Shown: one piece after another, positions 28,672-40,560 of the stretch
How the letters are laid out: each line of letters opens with the position of its first letter
How positions within the stretch are numbered: position 1 is the first letter of the stretch
Assembly: GCA_963729715.1 (NCBI GenBank)
Contig: CAVSPA010000007.1
Location: forward strand, 128,001-192,000
Source of the DNA: an uncultured delta proteobacterium
GTDB lineage: Bacteria; Desulfobacterota; Syntrophia; Syntrophales; UBA2185
Reading direction: 5' to 3'
DNA length: 64,000 nt
Notes under the pieces: model-generated
Told to the model about the DNA's origin: nothing
Database searches by the model: none
Seen by the model: the letters and a program-made list of their open reading frames with translations, nothing else
Program-made: the position numbers and the translations under genes

Positions 28672-29691
28672 ATGGCCATATTACTTGCAGGCGACATCGG
28701 CGGAACAAATACCCGCCTCGGAATTTTCTCAAGAGAAAAAGGGATGCGTTCGCCTCTAACAGCGGCGGACTTTCGTAGCGGAGAGTTCCCTGATTTCATA
28801 ACCATCGTGCGGGAATTTCTCAAAGGCCTCAATATCAGACCGAATGCTGCCTGCTTCGGTGTAGCGGGACCGGTCATGAAAGGCGTAGCCAAGATTACCA
28901 ACCTGCCGTGGATCATCGATAAAAATAAGCTCGGCAAAGAACTGAGCATACCATTTGTCAGACTTCTGAATGATCTTGAGGCTATTGCTTACGCCGTGCC
29001 TCTCCTGGAGCCGTCGGATCTGAATACCCTCAACCAAGGCAGTCCCGTTTCCGGAGGAAGCGTCGCTGTCGTTGCCCCGGGCACAGGTCTCGGAGAGGCG
29101 TTTCTGACGTGGGACGGAACACGATACAGCAGTCACCCCTCAGAGGGAGGCCATGTAGATTTTGCTCCAAGCGATGATCTCGAGATGGAGCTCTTGATCT
29201 ACCTTCAGGAGAAACTCGGCCATGTCAGTTATGAAAGCGTTTGTTCAGGGCCGGGAATATTAAATATATATTGTTTTCTGCGTGAGAAATGCTATGCTGA
29301 GGAGTCATCCTGGCTGTCGGACAGGGTGGCGGGGGTAAATGACCCTGTGCCGGTCATCATGGAGTGCGCTTTGGATGGCGTTTACCGTTCTCGTCTCTGT
29401 GTCATGACTCTTGACCTTTTTGTGTCCATCCTCGGAGCAGAAGCAGGTAATATGGCCCTCAAAGTGATGGCCACGAACGGTATTTATTTAGGGGGAGGTA
29501 TTCCTCGCCGCGTACTGCCATTTCTCGGAAATGGACGGTTTATGAAATCATTCCGCAACAAAGGACGCATGTCTGACCTGGTTTCGCAAATACCGGTCTT
29601 CGTCATTGTTAATCCTCGAATTGCCCTTGTGGGTGCAGCAGGTTGCGGTTTTGAACATTATCAAGACCCCAATGTGACATACGGGAGGTGA
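28672..29691 (+). CDS. glk: Glucokinase
   Basis: GDIGGTN, ITNLPW, LLNDLEA, PGTGLG, SEGGH. Confidence 0.92.
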   Translation: MAILLAGDIGGTNTRLGIFSREKGMRSPLTAADFRSGEFPDFITIVREFLKGLNIRPNAACFGVAGPVMKGVAKITNLPWIIDKNKLGKELSIPFVRLLNDLEAIAYAVPLLEPSDLNTLNQGSPVSGGSVAVVAPGTGLGEAFLTWDGTRYSSHPSEGGHVDFAPSDDLEMELLIYLQEKLGHVSYESVCSGPGILNIYCFLREKCYAEESSWLSDRVAGVNDPVPVIMECALDGVYRSRLCVMTLDLFVSILGAEAGNMALKVMATNGIYLGGGIPRRVLPFLGNGRFMKSFRNKGRMSDLVSQIPVFVIVNPRIALVGAAGCGFEHYQDPNVTYGR

Positions 29692-29694
29692 ATA

Positions 29695-30342
29695 GTGTAT
29701 ATGAGAGCGTTATGTATTTTCACACTGGTGTTTTGTTTGGCGATTTCAGGCTGTGCGGGGCTGGATCTTTCCGGTAGAAACACAACGGAGGAATTGCAAA
29801 GGTCCAAGGCATCCATAGCCCAGCTCAACGAGCAGGTGGCAGCGGTGAATAAGGAGCTGACTTTGTTGAAGTCAGAGGTGCAAGAGATGAAAGAGGCGGA
29901 AGCTGCCGCTAAGGAAAGTCCCGTCGCCGGCGAGACAGGGACCTCCAAAGAGAAAGAGGCCGCTGTTTCCGCGACAAGCAAGAAAGAACAGGTCAAGGAA
30001 GTCGATATCTCCAAAAGAGATGAGATAAAGAAATCAGCCGATGAAAAACAGGCGGTGGAAGGAAAAGCGACAAGCCTCAAAAGCCTCAAGGTCAAAGTGT
30101 TAAGTGGAAACGGCAAATTACCTACCGCGAGACAAATGTCGAAGAGACTTATCGGGATGGGTTACAGGGTTGCAGACATAGGGAAAGCAAACAGGACGGA
30201 TTACACGGTAAACACGATCTATTTTGCTCCAGACTATAAGACGGAAGCACAGCGGTTGGCGGCCCGGTTGGGAGGCAAGACCATCGCCAAGCCTCTGACA
30301 TGGTCGTCGGTTTTTCATATCATTGTTGTTGCGGTACCATGA
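29695..30342 (+). CDS. Lipoprotein with coiled coil and LytR C-terminal domain
   Basis: Lipobox ISGC. C-terminal VKVLSGNG...GKAN...TIYF...AQRLA is LytR_C-like. Confidence 0.7.
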   Translation: MYMRALCIFTLVFCLAISGCAGLDLSGRNTTEELQRSKASIAQLNEQVAAVNKELTLLKSEVQEMKEAEAAAKESPVAGETGTSKEKEAAVSATSKKEQVKEVDISKRDEIKKSADEKQAVEGKATSLKSLKVKVLSGNGKLPTARQMSKRLIGMGYRVADIGKANRTDYTVNTIYFAPDYKTEAQRLAARLGGKTIAKPLTWSSVFHIIVVAVP

Positions 30343-30429
30343 AATTCATAATTAGAGGTTGATGCATCAAACCTACAGAGTGGATACTCACGTTGTATCG
30401 CTTGCGGTAATTAGAGGAGGTAAATAGAG

Positions 30430-30642
30430 GTGAAGTACGGTGAGATCCAAAAAATGGCAAAGAACATGGGGATCAATACATATCAGATGAAAAAGAATGA
30501 GATGATCCTGGCAATTCAGAGGGCGGAAAATAATATCGAATGTTTTGGCACGGTCAGGGTGGAATATTGTCAGGAACTTTCATGCCTGTGGAGGGAAGAT
30601 TGCGTATCTCTGAATAAAAGCAGCCAGAGCAGTTGGTCCTAA
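30430..30642 (+). CDS. Small conserved Cys-containing protein (SAP/Rho-N-like helix-extension-helix)
   Basis: KKNEMILAIQRAENNIECFGT...CQELSCLWREDC. Good RBS. Confidence 0.7.
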   Translation: MKYGEIQKMAKNMGINTYQMKKNEMILAIQRAENNIECFGTVRVEYCQELSCLWREDCVSLNKSSQSSWS

Positions 30643-30716
30643 TGCTAATCTTCGTATTGCCTCGAGTTTTTAATAGTTTTGATCAAGCTAATCCACGTTT
30701 TAAGAAATGACCTTGC

Positions 30717-31580
30717 CTATTGGAGACGGGAAAGCGTTGCTACGGCTGCTTTTTCGCCTTCCCTTATTAGATCGATGGCCTGAGAAAAACTTGACCAGTG
30801 CAGGTTTTTTACGAAAGGTCGAATAACAATATCCGCACCCAGCAACTCATATTCTTCCAGTTTGGCGGATGTTATTTCAGAGGCTCTGTTGGTGATATCT
30901 TTGACGGTAGCCAAGTCTTCATGAGTCGGCATGCCGCGGTCCACGGCCACGGCAATTACTAGGTCGACCCCTTCTTTCCTGACAACGTTAACGGGCACCA
31001 TACTTATTATGCCGCCATCTGAAAGGAGCCTCTCCCCTTCCTTCACGGGTTCAACAGCTCCGGGAACAGCGCTGCTTGCCGTCACGGCCTCCCTGAGAGA
31101 CCCGTCGGAAAAAACTATTTCTTCTCCGGTAATCAGATCTGTCGCCACGGCACGAAATCTAATACGGGTATCCTCAATAAGTATGTCCGGAATAAAATAG
31201 TCAATCATGGATTGGAAAACATCTTTTGAAAGTATGCCGGGTTTGAATAGCATCTGAATGATATAAAACTGATTTCTCAAAAAAATTTCGATCTTTTGCG
31301 CCAGACTTTCCTGTTCCCCGCCATAAATATCTGCCATTGCCTTAAAAACCGAAGATTGAAATTCTGCGCTCGAGACATAGGTCAGGACTTTTTTCTCGAG
31401 CTCTTCAGGTGAAACGCCACACGCATAAGACCCTCCCACGACGGCGCCAATGCTGGTCCCGGCGATAACATCAATAGGAATACCTTCTTTTTCAAATACC
31501 TTTAATACACCGATATGGCTGAGCCCACGAGCCCCACCGCCTCCAAGTGCGAGACCGATGCGTTTCTCAAATAATTTCAT
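30717..31580 (-). CDS. Patatin-like phospholipase
   Basis: GGGGARG, GTSIG (GxSxG), DGG. Confidence 0.92.
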   Translation of the reverse strand: MKLFEKRIGLALGGGGARGLSHIGVLKVFEKEGIPIDVIAGTSIGAVVGGSYACGVSPEELEKKVLTYVSSAEFQSSVFKAMADIYGGEQESLAQKIEIFLRNQFYIIQMLFKPGILSKDVFQSMIDYFIPDILIEDTRIRFRAVATDLITGEEIVFSDGSLREAVTASSAVPGAVEPVKEGERLLSDGGIISMVPVNVVRKEGVDLVIAVAVDRGMPTHEDLATVKDITNRASEITSAKLEEYELLGADIVIRPFVKNLHWSSFSQAIDLIREGEKAAVATLSRLQ

Positions 31581-31590
31581 GATCGGTATT

Positions 31591-31716
31591 CTATTTTGCT
31601 TTATGCGCCGGTTTTGACTTTCCCTGCTCTTTTGCTCTAAGCTTCAAATTCTTCTTGCGTCTTCGCCGCCTTCGGTCAAGTTCCTTTTTACGCTCGATTT
31701 TCTTGTGTCCGCCCAT
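31591..31716 (-). CDS. 41-aa highly basic small protein (DUF6800-like)
   Basis: AGGAGG RBS then MGGHKKIERKKELDRRRRRRKKNLKLRAKEQGKSKPAHKAK*. Below the ORF-track cutoff. Confidence 0.7.
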   Translation of the reverse strand: MGGHKKIERKKELDRRRRRRKKNLKLRAKEQGKSKPAHKAK

Positions 31717-31844
31717 GGTGCCTCCTTCTCTTTATTAGGATGAAGTTGTAATCGTGGTGAGGATAGGGGAAGAAAGGCTGTCTGTCAAGTGTTAAGGATA
31801 TTTACTTGAATGGAGATTATTTCTTTGGTCTTTTTTCTGAACTT

Positions 31845-32561
31845 CTACTTCTTCTGATTGTCGTCCGGTTTCTCAGGTGTTTCCGGTATTCCGTGTTTGC
31901 TTTTCAGCGCTTCCAGCCATTTATCCCGGTAGAAATAGGCAATCACGGCCAGAAAGCAGCTCGCGCCGGCAATGAACAGGAGTTCGATATATTGACTGTT
32001 ACGGGCACAACTGCCGCTCACGGAGAGCAAGATAGTACCGAGTAAACGTCCCACTGTCGAAATGCCCAGGAAATGCCACGTCTTCATGTGGCTCATACCC
32101 ATTATGTAGCATAGATAGTCTTTCGGAAAACCGGGGATCAGAAACAAAAGGAAAGAAACGAAGAGACCGCGGTGCTCCAGAAAGTAATCGTACTTTTCAA
32201 TTACCGCGGGCTTCACCGCCTTTTCCACAAGGGGCAAACCAAAGAACCTGGCCAGTGCAAAGGCGATCCAGGAACCGATGGTAAGACCAATGGTGGAATA
32301 AACCGTACCCAGGCAGGCGCCGTAGATATATCCGCCGATAAGACCGGTTACTTCGCCGGGTATCGGGGCTGCTACCACCTGCAGGATCTGAAGGCCAATG
32401 AAGATGAGTTCATCATACGGATGAAAGGACTCAATGAGCGTGATCATTCTTCGCTGACTCGCGAAGTATATATACAGGTCGTAGTGGAGAAAGAGATAGG
32501 TGGAGAGAATTATGAATACGAGAAGGATTAAGACTCTGAGGACAAGACGTCCGTTCATCAA
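31845..32561 (-). CDS. TVP38/TMEM64 (DedA/VTT domain) membrane protein
   Basis: LQVVAAPIPGE and FLIPGFPKD motifs. Confidence 0.88.
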   Translation of the reverse strand: MMNGRLVLRVLILLVFIILSTYLFLHYDLYIYFASQRRMITLIESFHPYDELIFIGLQILQVVAAPIPGEVTGLIGGYIYGACLGTVYSTIGLTIGSWIAFALARFFGLPLVEKAVKPAVIEKYDYFLEHRGLFVSFLLFLIPGFPKDYLCYIMGMSHMKTWHFLGISTVGRLLGTILLSVSGSCARNSQYIELLFIAGASCFLAVIAYFYRDKWLEALKSKHGIPETPEKPDDNQKK

Positions 32562-32580
32562 AGGGATCCGGTGAGGTTGT

Positions 32581-32781
32581 TCATTCCTTCTTATCTTCTA
32601 TCTTCTTGCCTTCGGAAGAATTTCCCGGCTTCTCGTCCGGCTCCGCCATCGCCTTCTTGAAGCCTTTGATGGCCTTGCCGATGGAGCTTCCCAGTTCAGG
32701 AAGTTTTCCCGGCCCGAAGATAATCAGAACGATCACCAATATCACCAGAAGATGCATTGGTTGAAATAGACCCTCAAACAT
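32581..32781 (-). CDS. tatA: Twin-arginine translocase subunit TatA/E
   Basis: IIFGPGKLPELGSSIGKAIKGFKK. Confidence 0.93.
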   Translation of the reverse strand: MFEGLFQPMHLLVILVIVLIIFGPGKLPELGSSIGKAIKGFKKAMAEPDEKPGNSSEGKKIEDKKE

Positions 32782-32944
32782 GGTCTTGGCCTCCTAATTC
32801 GGTTTAAATGATCCTATTGGGGAATCCTGGCCACGGTAGCGAATAGAAACAATAGGTTGCTATCTATGCTCACACTTTTCATTGGATGTCCAGAGTTATT
32901 CACTGGTGCGGATAAACGGCCCGACGTGTGCCGTGAGCCCTGGC

Positions 32945-33625
32945 TCATTTGCGGAGGGATCCTGAGCTTAGCCTTTGAAGTTCTTCGTCTATTGCCTCTA
33001 TCTCTTTGGGATCCTGCGAATGGTCTCTCAAGGTAGTCAAATAAGCTAGGGCTGATTCCCTATCTCCGAGATTCCGCTTTAAAGCTGCAGGCAGTATCTT
33101 TACGATCGGAGGGGCAGAGGGCGAATGTGCAGCCTTCAGTGCGTAGTGATACGCAAGGTCGTTATCCTTAAATTTGATTTTCGCCACATATGAGACCTGC
33201 CAGGGAAGCTTCCAGTCATCGGGAAATTTGTCCTGCGCTTCTTCTAAGTAATTGAAGATCAATCGTCCATCGGAATCTGTCCTGTAGCTCATATGATAGA
33301 CGGCAAAGAAAAAAGGACCTTTGTTGTAAGGATCGAGCCTCGTGATCACACGCATGTAAGACAACAGACCCCTGTAGTCCCACTCATAACAATCAGCGGG
33401 GACGGCAGGAAGAAGGTAGAGGGAGAGGAGTAGGCTCGCGAATCTATCCTGATCAAGGGATATAAACTTCATCCAGGAAAGATTCAGTTTGGGAACCACC
33501 TTGTACTGATTTTTTGTTTCACCGCCCCTCCATCCCACATCCACAAGAAAGGCATGAAGAGCCAAGAGGATCAGAAGCGCACACGGCACAAGAATTTTTT
33601 TGAAAATGTCCTTTCTCGCAGACAT
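32945..33625 (-). CDS. Membrane-anchored TPR-like protein (PilG/Xap-like partner of the ABC transporter)
   Basis: N-terminal TM, ITRLDPY, FPDDWKLP, AHSPSAP helical repeats. Translationally coupled to the ABC permease. Confidence 0.55.
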   Translation of the reverse strand: MSARKDIFKKILVPCALLILLALHAFLVDVGWRGGETKNQYKVVPKLNLSWMKFISLDQDRFASLLLSLYLLPAVPADCYEWDYRGLLSYMRVITRLDPYNKGPFFFAVYHMSYRTDSDGRLIFNYLEEAQDKFPDDWKLPWQVSYVAKIKFKDNDLAYHYALKAAHSPSAPPIVKILPAALKRNLGDRESALAYLTTLRDHSQDPKEIEAIDEELQRLSSGSLRK

Positions 33626-34393
33626 TTAAAAATCCCTCTTCCTGATATCGATGACAATTACAAGAAAGAGAATGGCAAGATAAAGGACGGCATAGCCAGC
33701 TGGAAAAAGGATATCGGTCCAGGAGACCGGCCCCTGTTCCAGTACAGCCGCCTGCGCGCTAAAGAGGCTGAGAGAAGGAAAGAGATAATAGAAAATCTTG
33801 AGGGCGGGAACCCAAGCGGAAGCCATATGGGTCCCGATGTCAACCATCTTTTTTGTGCTGTGTCCTATTATATAAAAACCGGCGACCCCGAGAAGGGAAG
33901 ACGGAAGGGATCGCAATCCAAGCGTAATAGTGAGGGCAGCCATAATCATTACCAGTTGTTCAAAAAGACAGAGAATGTAATGAACGGCAAGGGGTTTTGC
34001 AGGCCCCACCCCCAGTATGAGAGCGCCTGCAAAAAAGATAGTAATTATTCCTGCGGAAATCAGGGAAAAGGCCATGAATTTGCCAAGAATATATTCATGC
34101 CTTGCTAATGGTTTCGTAATCACCATGTAAATTGCATTTGAATCAATCTCACGATGCATTGAACTTACGACAAGGAGGACAATAAAAACAGCAGCGGCCA
34201 AGGCAGTAAGGGCAATGTATGACCGGTTAAAGGCTTCTGCTCCGGCGACTATACTGGTTTCTCTCATAAAGAAGGTAAAGGCAATTACGAAGAGCATTAA
34301 TGGTACGAATCCCCAGACTAGTCTGTCCCTCCTTGCCTCTTGCAGAGTGTAGATGGCCACGATGCCTATTCTGCTCATAGGAGAACCGCCCAT
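33626..34393 (-). CDS. ABC-2 type permease (PilI-like)
   Basis: EIDSNAIYMVITKPLARHEYILGKF motif, 6 TM, ends RKRDF. Confidence 0.82.
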   Translation of the reverse strand: MGGSPMSRIGIVAIYTLQEARRDRLVWGFVPLMLFVIAFTFFMRETSIVAGAEAFNRSYIALTALAAAVFIVLLVVSSMHREIDSNAIYMVITKPLARHEYILGKFMAFSLISAGIITIFFAGALILGVGPAKPLAVHYILCLFEQLVMIMAALTITLGLRSLPSSLLGVAGFYIIGHSTKKMVDIGTHMASAWVPALKIFYYLFPSLSLFSAQAAVLEQGPVSWTDILFPAGYAVLYLAILFLVIVIDIRKRDF

Positions 34394-34396
34394 TTT

Positions 34397-35116
34397 TTAT
34401 TGCGCCCGGTGTGAATGGATAACGTAAAGAAATGCATCCTCGAGGGTACAACCGCCATATGACCTCAATTCTTCCGGCTTGCCGTCGAAGAGCTTCCTCC
34501 CTTCATGCATGATAACCAATCTGTCGGCTACTTCTTCAAGGTCCGTCAATATGTGTGAAGAAAAAAAGAGTGTCTTGCCTTTTTTATGAAGCGTGCCGAA
34601 TGCGTCTTTAACAACGGCCCGCGCTTCCGGATCGAGTCCGCTCAAGGGTTCGTCGAGGATGACGATTTCTGTATCCGGCAGCATGGCCGCAAGCAAGCCG
34701 AGTTTCTGACTCATGCCCTTTGAATAGGTTCTTATCGGCCGTGACAATACATTCACTTGCAGTTCAAGTGTGTCGGCGAAATCGTCAATCTCGCTATGAT
34801 TCAAACTCCCGCCGCAAAGGCGCATCATGTAAGAAACAAAGTCATACCCAGTGAGATAAAGAGGCGGGGAAAAATCCTCGGGCAGAAAAGACGTGCTTAA
34901 TCTCGCCATCCTGTCAGTGGCTGCCAGGTCATTTATCCGCACATCTCCATCGAAGTTGATAATAAGCCCGACAATTGTTTTCAAGAGCGTAGTTTTCCCT
35001 GCGCCATTAAGACCTACGAGGCCGACAGATTCGCCGGTCGGGATGTTCAGGTTGATATCCGAAAGGGCTTCCGTCTTTCCGTAAAATTTGGATAAATTTT
35101 TAATTGTTATGGACAT
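34397..35116 (-). CDS. ABC transporter ATP-binding protein (PilH-like)
   Basis: GLNGAGKTT, YSKGM, ILDEPLSGLDP, SSH. Confidence 0.9.
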   Translation of the reverse strand: MSITIKNLSKFYGKTEALSDINLNIPTGESVGLVGLNGAGKTTLLKTIVGLIINFDGDVRINDLAATDRMARLSTSFLPEDFSPPLYLTGYDFVSYMMRLCGGSLNHSEIDDFADTLELQVNVLSRPIRTYSKGMSQKLGLLAAMLPDTEIVILDEPLSGLDPEARAVVKDAFGTLHKKGKTLFFSSHILTDLEEVADRLVIMHEGRKLFDGKPEELRSYGGCTLEDAFLYVIHSHRAQ

Positions 35117-35328
35117 AATTGAAATTAGTCAGGCGGGATAGAGTGTTTCCTGTTCTTCATCCATTCACACATGTGAACCGCATTTTTATGTAAAAAAGTT
35201 GGCCTTGTCAAGTTTTTGTAATTCTAATCTTCTTGTCTTGCCGTTTATGTTAGTATATAAACTCTGAAACTGAAAAGTTTACTTCCTTATTTGTTATTTC
35301 GGAATCAATTCACCAGGAGAGATATAAA

Positions 35329-37380
35329 ATGGCCGACGATAAATCATTTGAAGAAAAATGCATAAACACAATACGCTTTCTCGCTGCCGATGCTGTGGAA
35401 AAGGCCAAATCTGGGCATCCCGGAATGCCCATGGGTGCGGCGGCAATGGCCTACACACTCTGGATGCGACATTTGAAACACAATCCTGCCAACCCCATGT
35501 GGAGCGACCGGGACCGCTTTGTTCTTTCCGCAGGGCATGCCTCGATGCTTCTCTATGCCATGTTGCATCTGACTGGCTATGATCTTTCCCTCTCCGACCT
35601 TCAGTCATTTCGCCAGTGGGAGAGCAAAACACCCGGCCACCCGGAACGCCACTGTGCGTGCGGCGTCGAGGTAACCACAGGCCCCCTCGGTCAGGGCCTC
35701 AGCAACGCCGTCGGTATGGCTCTTGCGGAAGCGCACCTTGCAGCGAGATATAATCGACCCGGCCATAAGATCGTCGACCACTTCACATACGTCTTTGCGA
35801 GCGATGGCGATCTCATGGAGGGCGTCACTTCTGAGGCATGTTCGCTGGCCGGGCATCTCGGCCTCGGAAAGCTCGTGGTCCTCTATGACGACAACCGCAT
35901 TTCTCTTGCCGGAACGACATCACTCACTTTTACCGAAGATGCGGGAAAGCGGTTCAAGGCATATGGCTGGCACGTCCTCCATGTGGAAGATGGGAATGAT
36001 GTTTCCGCAATTGATCGTGCCGTAAGGAAGGTAAAGACTCAAAAGTCGCGCCCTTCGATTATTTTCGTTCGGACCACGATAGGTTATGGTGCACCCCACA
36101 AACAGGGAACATTTGAAGCCCACGGTTCACCCCTCGGGGGAGAGGAGCTCCTGGCAGCCAAGAAGGCCTTAGGCTGGCCTGCGGAGCTTGCCTTTTACAT
36201 CCCTGATGATGTCCTCACCTTCTACCGCAAATCTATGGACCGCGGTCGTTCGCGGGGGAATAAATGGAAACGATCTTTCAAAAAATATGGCGCAGAATTC
36301 CCCGACCTGTCCGCTGAATTCCTGCGCATCATGAAAGGAGAACTCCCCGAAGGTTGGGAAGCAAAGCTGCCCGTATATCCGGAGGGCTCCAAGGATGTGG
36401 CAACGCGCAAGGCATCGGAGAGCGTCATGCAGAGTCTCGCCCCAGTCCTGCCGGAACTCATGGGAGGGTCGGCAGACCTCAACCCTTCGACCTTCACCTG
36501 GCTCAAGGGGTTCGGCGATTTTCAGAAGCCCGACGGTCCGGCAGACAGGCAAGGCGCTGTCGGCACTGAGTGGAATTACGCAGGACGCAATATTCATTTC
36601 GGCGTGCGCGAGCATGCCATGGGCGCCATTGCTTCCGGCATGGCGATCCACGGTGGGTTCATTCCGTATACAGCCACGTTCCTCACCTTCTCCGATTACA
36701 TGCGTCCGCCCATGCGTCTGGCCGCCCTTATGGGCCTGCGGGTCATCTACGTCTTTACGCATGACAGCATCGGCCTCGGCGAAGACGGGCCCACGCATCA
36801 GCCTATCGAGCATGTGATGAATCTGCGCGCCGTGCCGAATATGACTGTGATCCGTCCTGCCGACGCAGGCGAGGCAGTCGAGGCATGGAAGGCCGCGCTT
36901 CTCAAGGATGACGGCCCTACGACGCTGATATTTACACGCCAGAATCTCCCTGTACTCAACAGAACCGAGCTGTCACCCGCCGCCGGTCTCCAGCGCGGCG
37001 GCTATATCCTCTGGGAATCCGCTCCTGGTAATCCGGATGTCATTCTGATCGGAACCGGGTCGGAAGTACCGATCGCGCTCGAAGCGGGAAGAAGACTATC
37101 GTCCGAGGGTCTTCGGGTAAGGGTCGTGTCTCTCCCGAGCTGGAGGATGTTCGATCGTCAACCGTCTGAATACCGCAATCATGTGCTGCCTCCGGACGTC
37201 AAAGTCAGAGTCGCCGTGGAGGCCGGAATAAAACTTGGCTGGGAGCACTACGTGGGACTCGGTGGCGCAGTCGTGGGAATGGACAGCTTCGGCGCCAGCG
37301 CTCCGTATAAGGTTCTCTACGAAAAATTCGGTATCACCGCAGAGCACGTTGCTCAGGCTGCAAAGGCATTAATGAAGTGA
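35329..37380 (+). CDS. tkt: Transketolase
   Basis: [49 protein letters not shown]. Confidence 0.96.
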   Translation: MADDKSFEEKCINTIRFLAADAVEKAKSGHPGMPMGAAAMAYTLWMRHLKHNPANPMWSDRDRFVLSAGHASMLLYAMLHLTGYDLSLSDLQSFRQWESKTPGHPERHCACGVEVTTGPLGQGLSNAVGMALAEAHLAARYNRPGHKIVDHFTYVFASDGDLMEGVTSEACSLAGHLGLGKLVVLYDDNRISLAGTTSLTFTEDAGKRFKAYGWHVLHVEDGNDVSAIDRAVRKVKTQKSRPSIIFVRTTIGYGAPHKQGTFEAHGSPLGGEELLAAKKALGWPAELAFYIPDDVLTFYRKSMDRGRSRGNKWKRSFKKYGAEFPDLSAEFLRIMKGELPEGWEAKLPVYPEGSKDVATRKASESVMQSLAPVLPELMGGSADLNPSTFTWLKGFGDFQKPDGPADRQGAVGTEWNYAGRNIHFGVREHAMGAIASGMAIHGGFIPYTATFLTFSDYMRPPMRLAALMGLRVIYVFTHDSIGLGEDGPTHQPIEHVMNLRAVPNMTVIRPADAGEAVEAWKAALLKDDGPTTLIFTRQNLPVLNRTELSPAAGLQRGGYILWESAPGNPDVILIGTGSEVPIALEAGRRLSSEGLRVRVVSLPSWRMFDRQPSEYRNHVLPPDVKVRVAVEAGIKLGWEHYVGLGGAVVGMDSFGASAPYKVLYEKFGITAEHVAQAAKALMK

Positions 37381-37507
37381 AGCCTTCCGCGCGGGCCTTT
37401 GTCCGTGAGCCCGCCGCACTCCGGGACACCCTTTCCCGGACCGGATGCACGGACATAAATGTGAACGCTGATCTTATTTTTGCATTGGTATTTGAGAGGT
37501 TTCCCAT

Positions 37508-38389
37508 ATGATAATGCTGCGCCGCTGCCGTTTGATCTTCCTCCTCGTATTGCCCGTTATTTTGCTCGGCATCGCCTGGCCCTCGGCGGGTTATTCATCG
37601 ACACTCTATGAGCGGTCGCTACAGAAACTGGAAGAAAATCTTAAAACTGCGCCTCCCGATGATTTTATGTTCGTCGTTATGGGGGACAGCAGGGACAGTG
37701 ACGAGATATTCAAGAAAATACTCACTGCCGCAGCCAAACTGAAGCCGCTTTTCATCCTGCACGGAGGAGATACGGTCTTCACGGGCAGGGGAAAAAAGTT
37801 TAACCGCTTTCTCGACATCGTGGAGAGCACATTGCAGGACACGCCGATCTTTGTGGTCATCGGCAACCATGAACTGACGAACAACATCAACAGTCCGCAC
37901 GGCAAACAAATGTTCCAGGAGAAGATCGGCCCGCTGAATTATGCTTTGGATTTGAAGAAGCTGAGCATGCGGATTGTCGCCCTCGACGACTCAGTGTATG
38001 AGCTGATTCCGACACAGCTGCAATACCTCGAGGATCAACTAACGGCAAAGAGGAAATATAAATTTGTAATTATGCATATACCGCCGGAAACACAGAAATG
38101 GCAGCACAACCACTGTTTTATAAAAGGGGCAGACAGGCTCAAACAGATCATGGCGGAGAAAAAGGTCTCAGTCGCTTTTTTCAGCCACCTTCATATCTAC
38201 GCTCAGGATGAGGTGAAGGGCGTGAAATACATAATCACCGGGGGCGCGGCGGCGCCTCTCTATATGAGTGTTCCCTTCGGCGAGCATTCATATCATTTCA
38301 TTGTCGTCAGAGTGAAGGACGGCAAGGTATCAACAGAAGTCATTCGCATTAACTCGGATGTTGAGGAAAGTCCTTTGTCCATGGAATAA
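37508..38389 (+). CDS. Exported calcineurin-like metallophosphoesterase
   Basis: Signal peptide. GDSR, GGD, GNHE, MHIP and SHLH motifs. Confidence 0.85.
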   Translation: MIMLRRCRLIFLLVLPVILLGIAWPSAGYSSTLYERSLQKLEENLKTAPPDDFMFVVMGDSRDSDEIFKKILTAAAKLKPLFILHGGDTVFTGRGKKFNRFLDIVESTLQDTPIFVVIGNHELTNNINSPHGKQMFQEKIGPLNYALDLKKLSMRIVALDDSVYELIPTQLQYLEDQLTAKRKYKFVIMHIPPETQKWQHNHCFIKGADRLKQIMAEKKVSVAFFSHLHIYAQDEVKGVKYIITGGAAAPLYMSVPFGEHSYHFIVVRVKDGKVSTEVIRINSDVEESPLSME

Positions 38390-38403
38390 AGGGAACGTCA
38401 TTT

Positions 38404-40518
38404 ATGTCCAGCTCGGAAGATGCATCCGGAAATATTCCCAACCGTCTGATTAATGAGAAGAGCCCATATCTTCTCCAGCACGCCTACAATCCCGTTGACT
38501 GGTACCCATGGTGCGCGGAGGCATTCGATAAGGCCCGTACAGAGGATAAACCCGTTTTTCTCTCCATAGGGTATTCGACCTGCCACTGGTGCCACGTCAT
38601 GGCCCATGAATCTTTTGAAGATCCGGAAATCGCAAGACTCCTCAATGAGGTTTTCGTCTGCATCAAGGTCGATCGTGAAGAGCGGCCGGACATCGACAAG
38701 GTTTACATGAACGCCTGTCAGATGATGACGGGAGCCGTAGGGTGGCCGCTCACCATTATGATGACGCCCGACAGGCAACCTTTTTTCGCTGCCACCTATA
38801 TTCCGAGGGAAAGCGGTTTCGGCAGGATCGGACTGCTCGACATGATCCCGAGGATCAAGGAGATATGGAAAGAACGTCATCATGACATTTTGAAATCGGC
38901 AGATGAGATAGCATCCTCCATGCGGCAAAAGACAACGGGGACGCCGGGCGGAGCGTTGTCGAAAGATACTATCCGTAAGGCATACGAAGGGCTCGCGGGG
39001 CTCTATGATGACAAATATGGAGGATTCGGCCAGGCGCCTAAATTTCCCATTTCCCACCAGCTGCTCTTTCTTATGCGTTACTGGAACTGGAGCGGTGAAA
39101 CGAAGGTGTTGGAGATGGTTGTAAAGACGCTTCATGCCATGCGCTCCGGTGGTATTTATGATCATGTCGGCTTCGGCTTCCACCGGTACAGCACCGATAA
39201 ACGATGGCTCGTACCCCATTTTGAAAAGATGCTCTATGACCAGGCATTGCTGGCCATGGCATATACGGAGGCGTACCAGGCGACGGGAGACGAATTCTTC
39301 AAGAGAACGGCATGTGAAATATTCACTTATGTACTCAGAGATATGAAGGCGCGGTCAGGCGCTTTCTACTCGGCAGAGGATGCGGACAGCGAGGGCGAAG
39401 AGGGGAAATTCTACTTCTGGACACAAAACGAGATCAGAAGGTTGCTGGGACCAGCCGAAGCGAAACTGGTAATGAAGGTGTTTGAGGTGGATAAGGCGGG
39501 GAATTTTGTCGATCCACAAACGGAAGAAAGAACGGGCCAGAATATTCTTCACATGAAGAAGCCCGCCCACGAACTTGCTTCATCTCTCGGGATTTCCGAA
39601 GATACGCTGCGCAAGAGGCTCTCTGCCGCAAGGCTTGCGCTGTTTTCAGCCCGTGACAGGCGCGTCCGTCCCTACAAAGATGATAAGATACTCACGGACT
39701 GGAACGGCCTCATGATAGCTGCCCTGGCAAAAGGGGCGCAGGTCTTTATGGACAAGGTTTACCTTACGGCGGCGCAAAAAGCCGTCAGGTTCATCATGGA
39801 TAATATGCGCGAAATCGATGGAAGGCTTTTTCATAGGCACCGCGAGGGAGAGTCTGCCATCATGGCCAATCTCGATGATTATGCCTTTTTGATCTGGGGA
39901 CTGATAGAGTGTTACGAGGCGTCATTTGATGCTTCATTTCTGAAGACGGCATTGAGGCTGCAGGCGGACTTAACGAAACACTTCTGGGACAGGGAACATG
40001 GCGGCTACTATTTCACGCCCGATGACGGTGAAGACCTGATCGTCCGCGATAAAGAGAGCTATGACGGCGCCATTCCCTCGGGAAACTCGGTGGCCATGTT
40101 AAATCTCGTCCGTCTTTCCAGACTGACGGGAAACATAGAGTTGGAAGCACAGTCCGTGGAGATCAGCCGCACACTTGCGGCTTCAGTCGGACGCGTGCCC
40201 GTGGGTCATACCCAGTTTATGGTGGCTCTCGGCTTTTTGCTCTACCCCTCTTATGAAATCGTGATTGCCGGCAGACCCGAAGCGGACGATACGGAGCAAA
40301 TGTTGCGCGGGCTGAGAGAGCATTTTTCCCCCAACGCAGTTATTATTCTCAGGTCTGCCGATGATGAATCCTCTGATATAATCAACATGGCGCCTTTTAC
40401 GAAAGACCTTAAACCCATAAAGAATAAGGCCACGGCCTATGTCTGCGCCAATTTTGCATGTCACAGCCCGACGACCGACGTGGCCGAGATGCTCAGGCTC
40501 TTGGCCATACAGGAATAA
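38404..40518 (+). CDS. Thioredoxin-domain protein YyaL/SSP411 family
   Basis: [39 protein letters not shown]. Confidence 0.92.
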   Translation: MSSSEDASGNIPNRLINEKSPYLLQHAYNPVDWYPWCAEAFDKARTEDKPVFLSIGYSTCHWCHVMAHESFEDPEIARLLNEVFVCIKVDREERPDIDKVYMNACQMMTGAVGWPLTIMMTPDRQPFFAATYIPRESGFGRIGLLDMIPRIKEIWKERHHDILKSADEIASSMRQKTTGTPGGALSKDTIRKAYEGLAGLYDDKYGGFGQAPKFPISHQLLFLMRYWNWSGETKVLEMVVKTLHAMRSGGIYDHVGFGFHRYSTDKRWLVPHFEKMLYDQALLAMAYTEAYQATGDEFFKRTACEIFTYVLRDMKARSGAFYSAEDADSEGEEGKFYFWTQNEIRRLLGPAEAKLVMKVFEVDKAGNFVDPQTEERTGQNILHMKKPAHELASSLGISEDTLRKRLSAARLALFSARDRRVRPYKDDKILTDWNGLMIAALAKGAQVFMDKVYLTAAQKAVRFIMDNMREIDGRLFHRHREGESAIMANLDDYAFLIWGLIECYEASFDASFLKTALRLQADLTKHFWDREHGGYYFTPDDGEDLIVRDKESYDGAIPSGNSVAMLNLVRLSRLTGNIELEAQSVEISRTLAASVGRVPVGHTQFMVALGFLLYPSYEIVIAGRPEADDTEQMLRGLREHFSPNAVIILRSADDESSDIINMAPFTKDLKPIKNKATAYVCANFACHSPTTDVAEMLRLLAIQE

Positions 40519-40560
40519 TATTCTGACAGGTTGTTCTTCTTTGCAGGACCGGAGGTTTGA

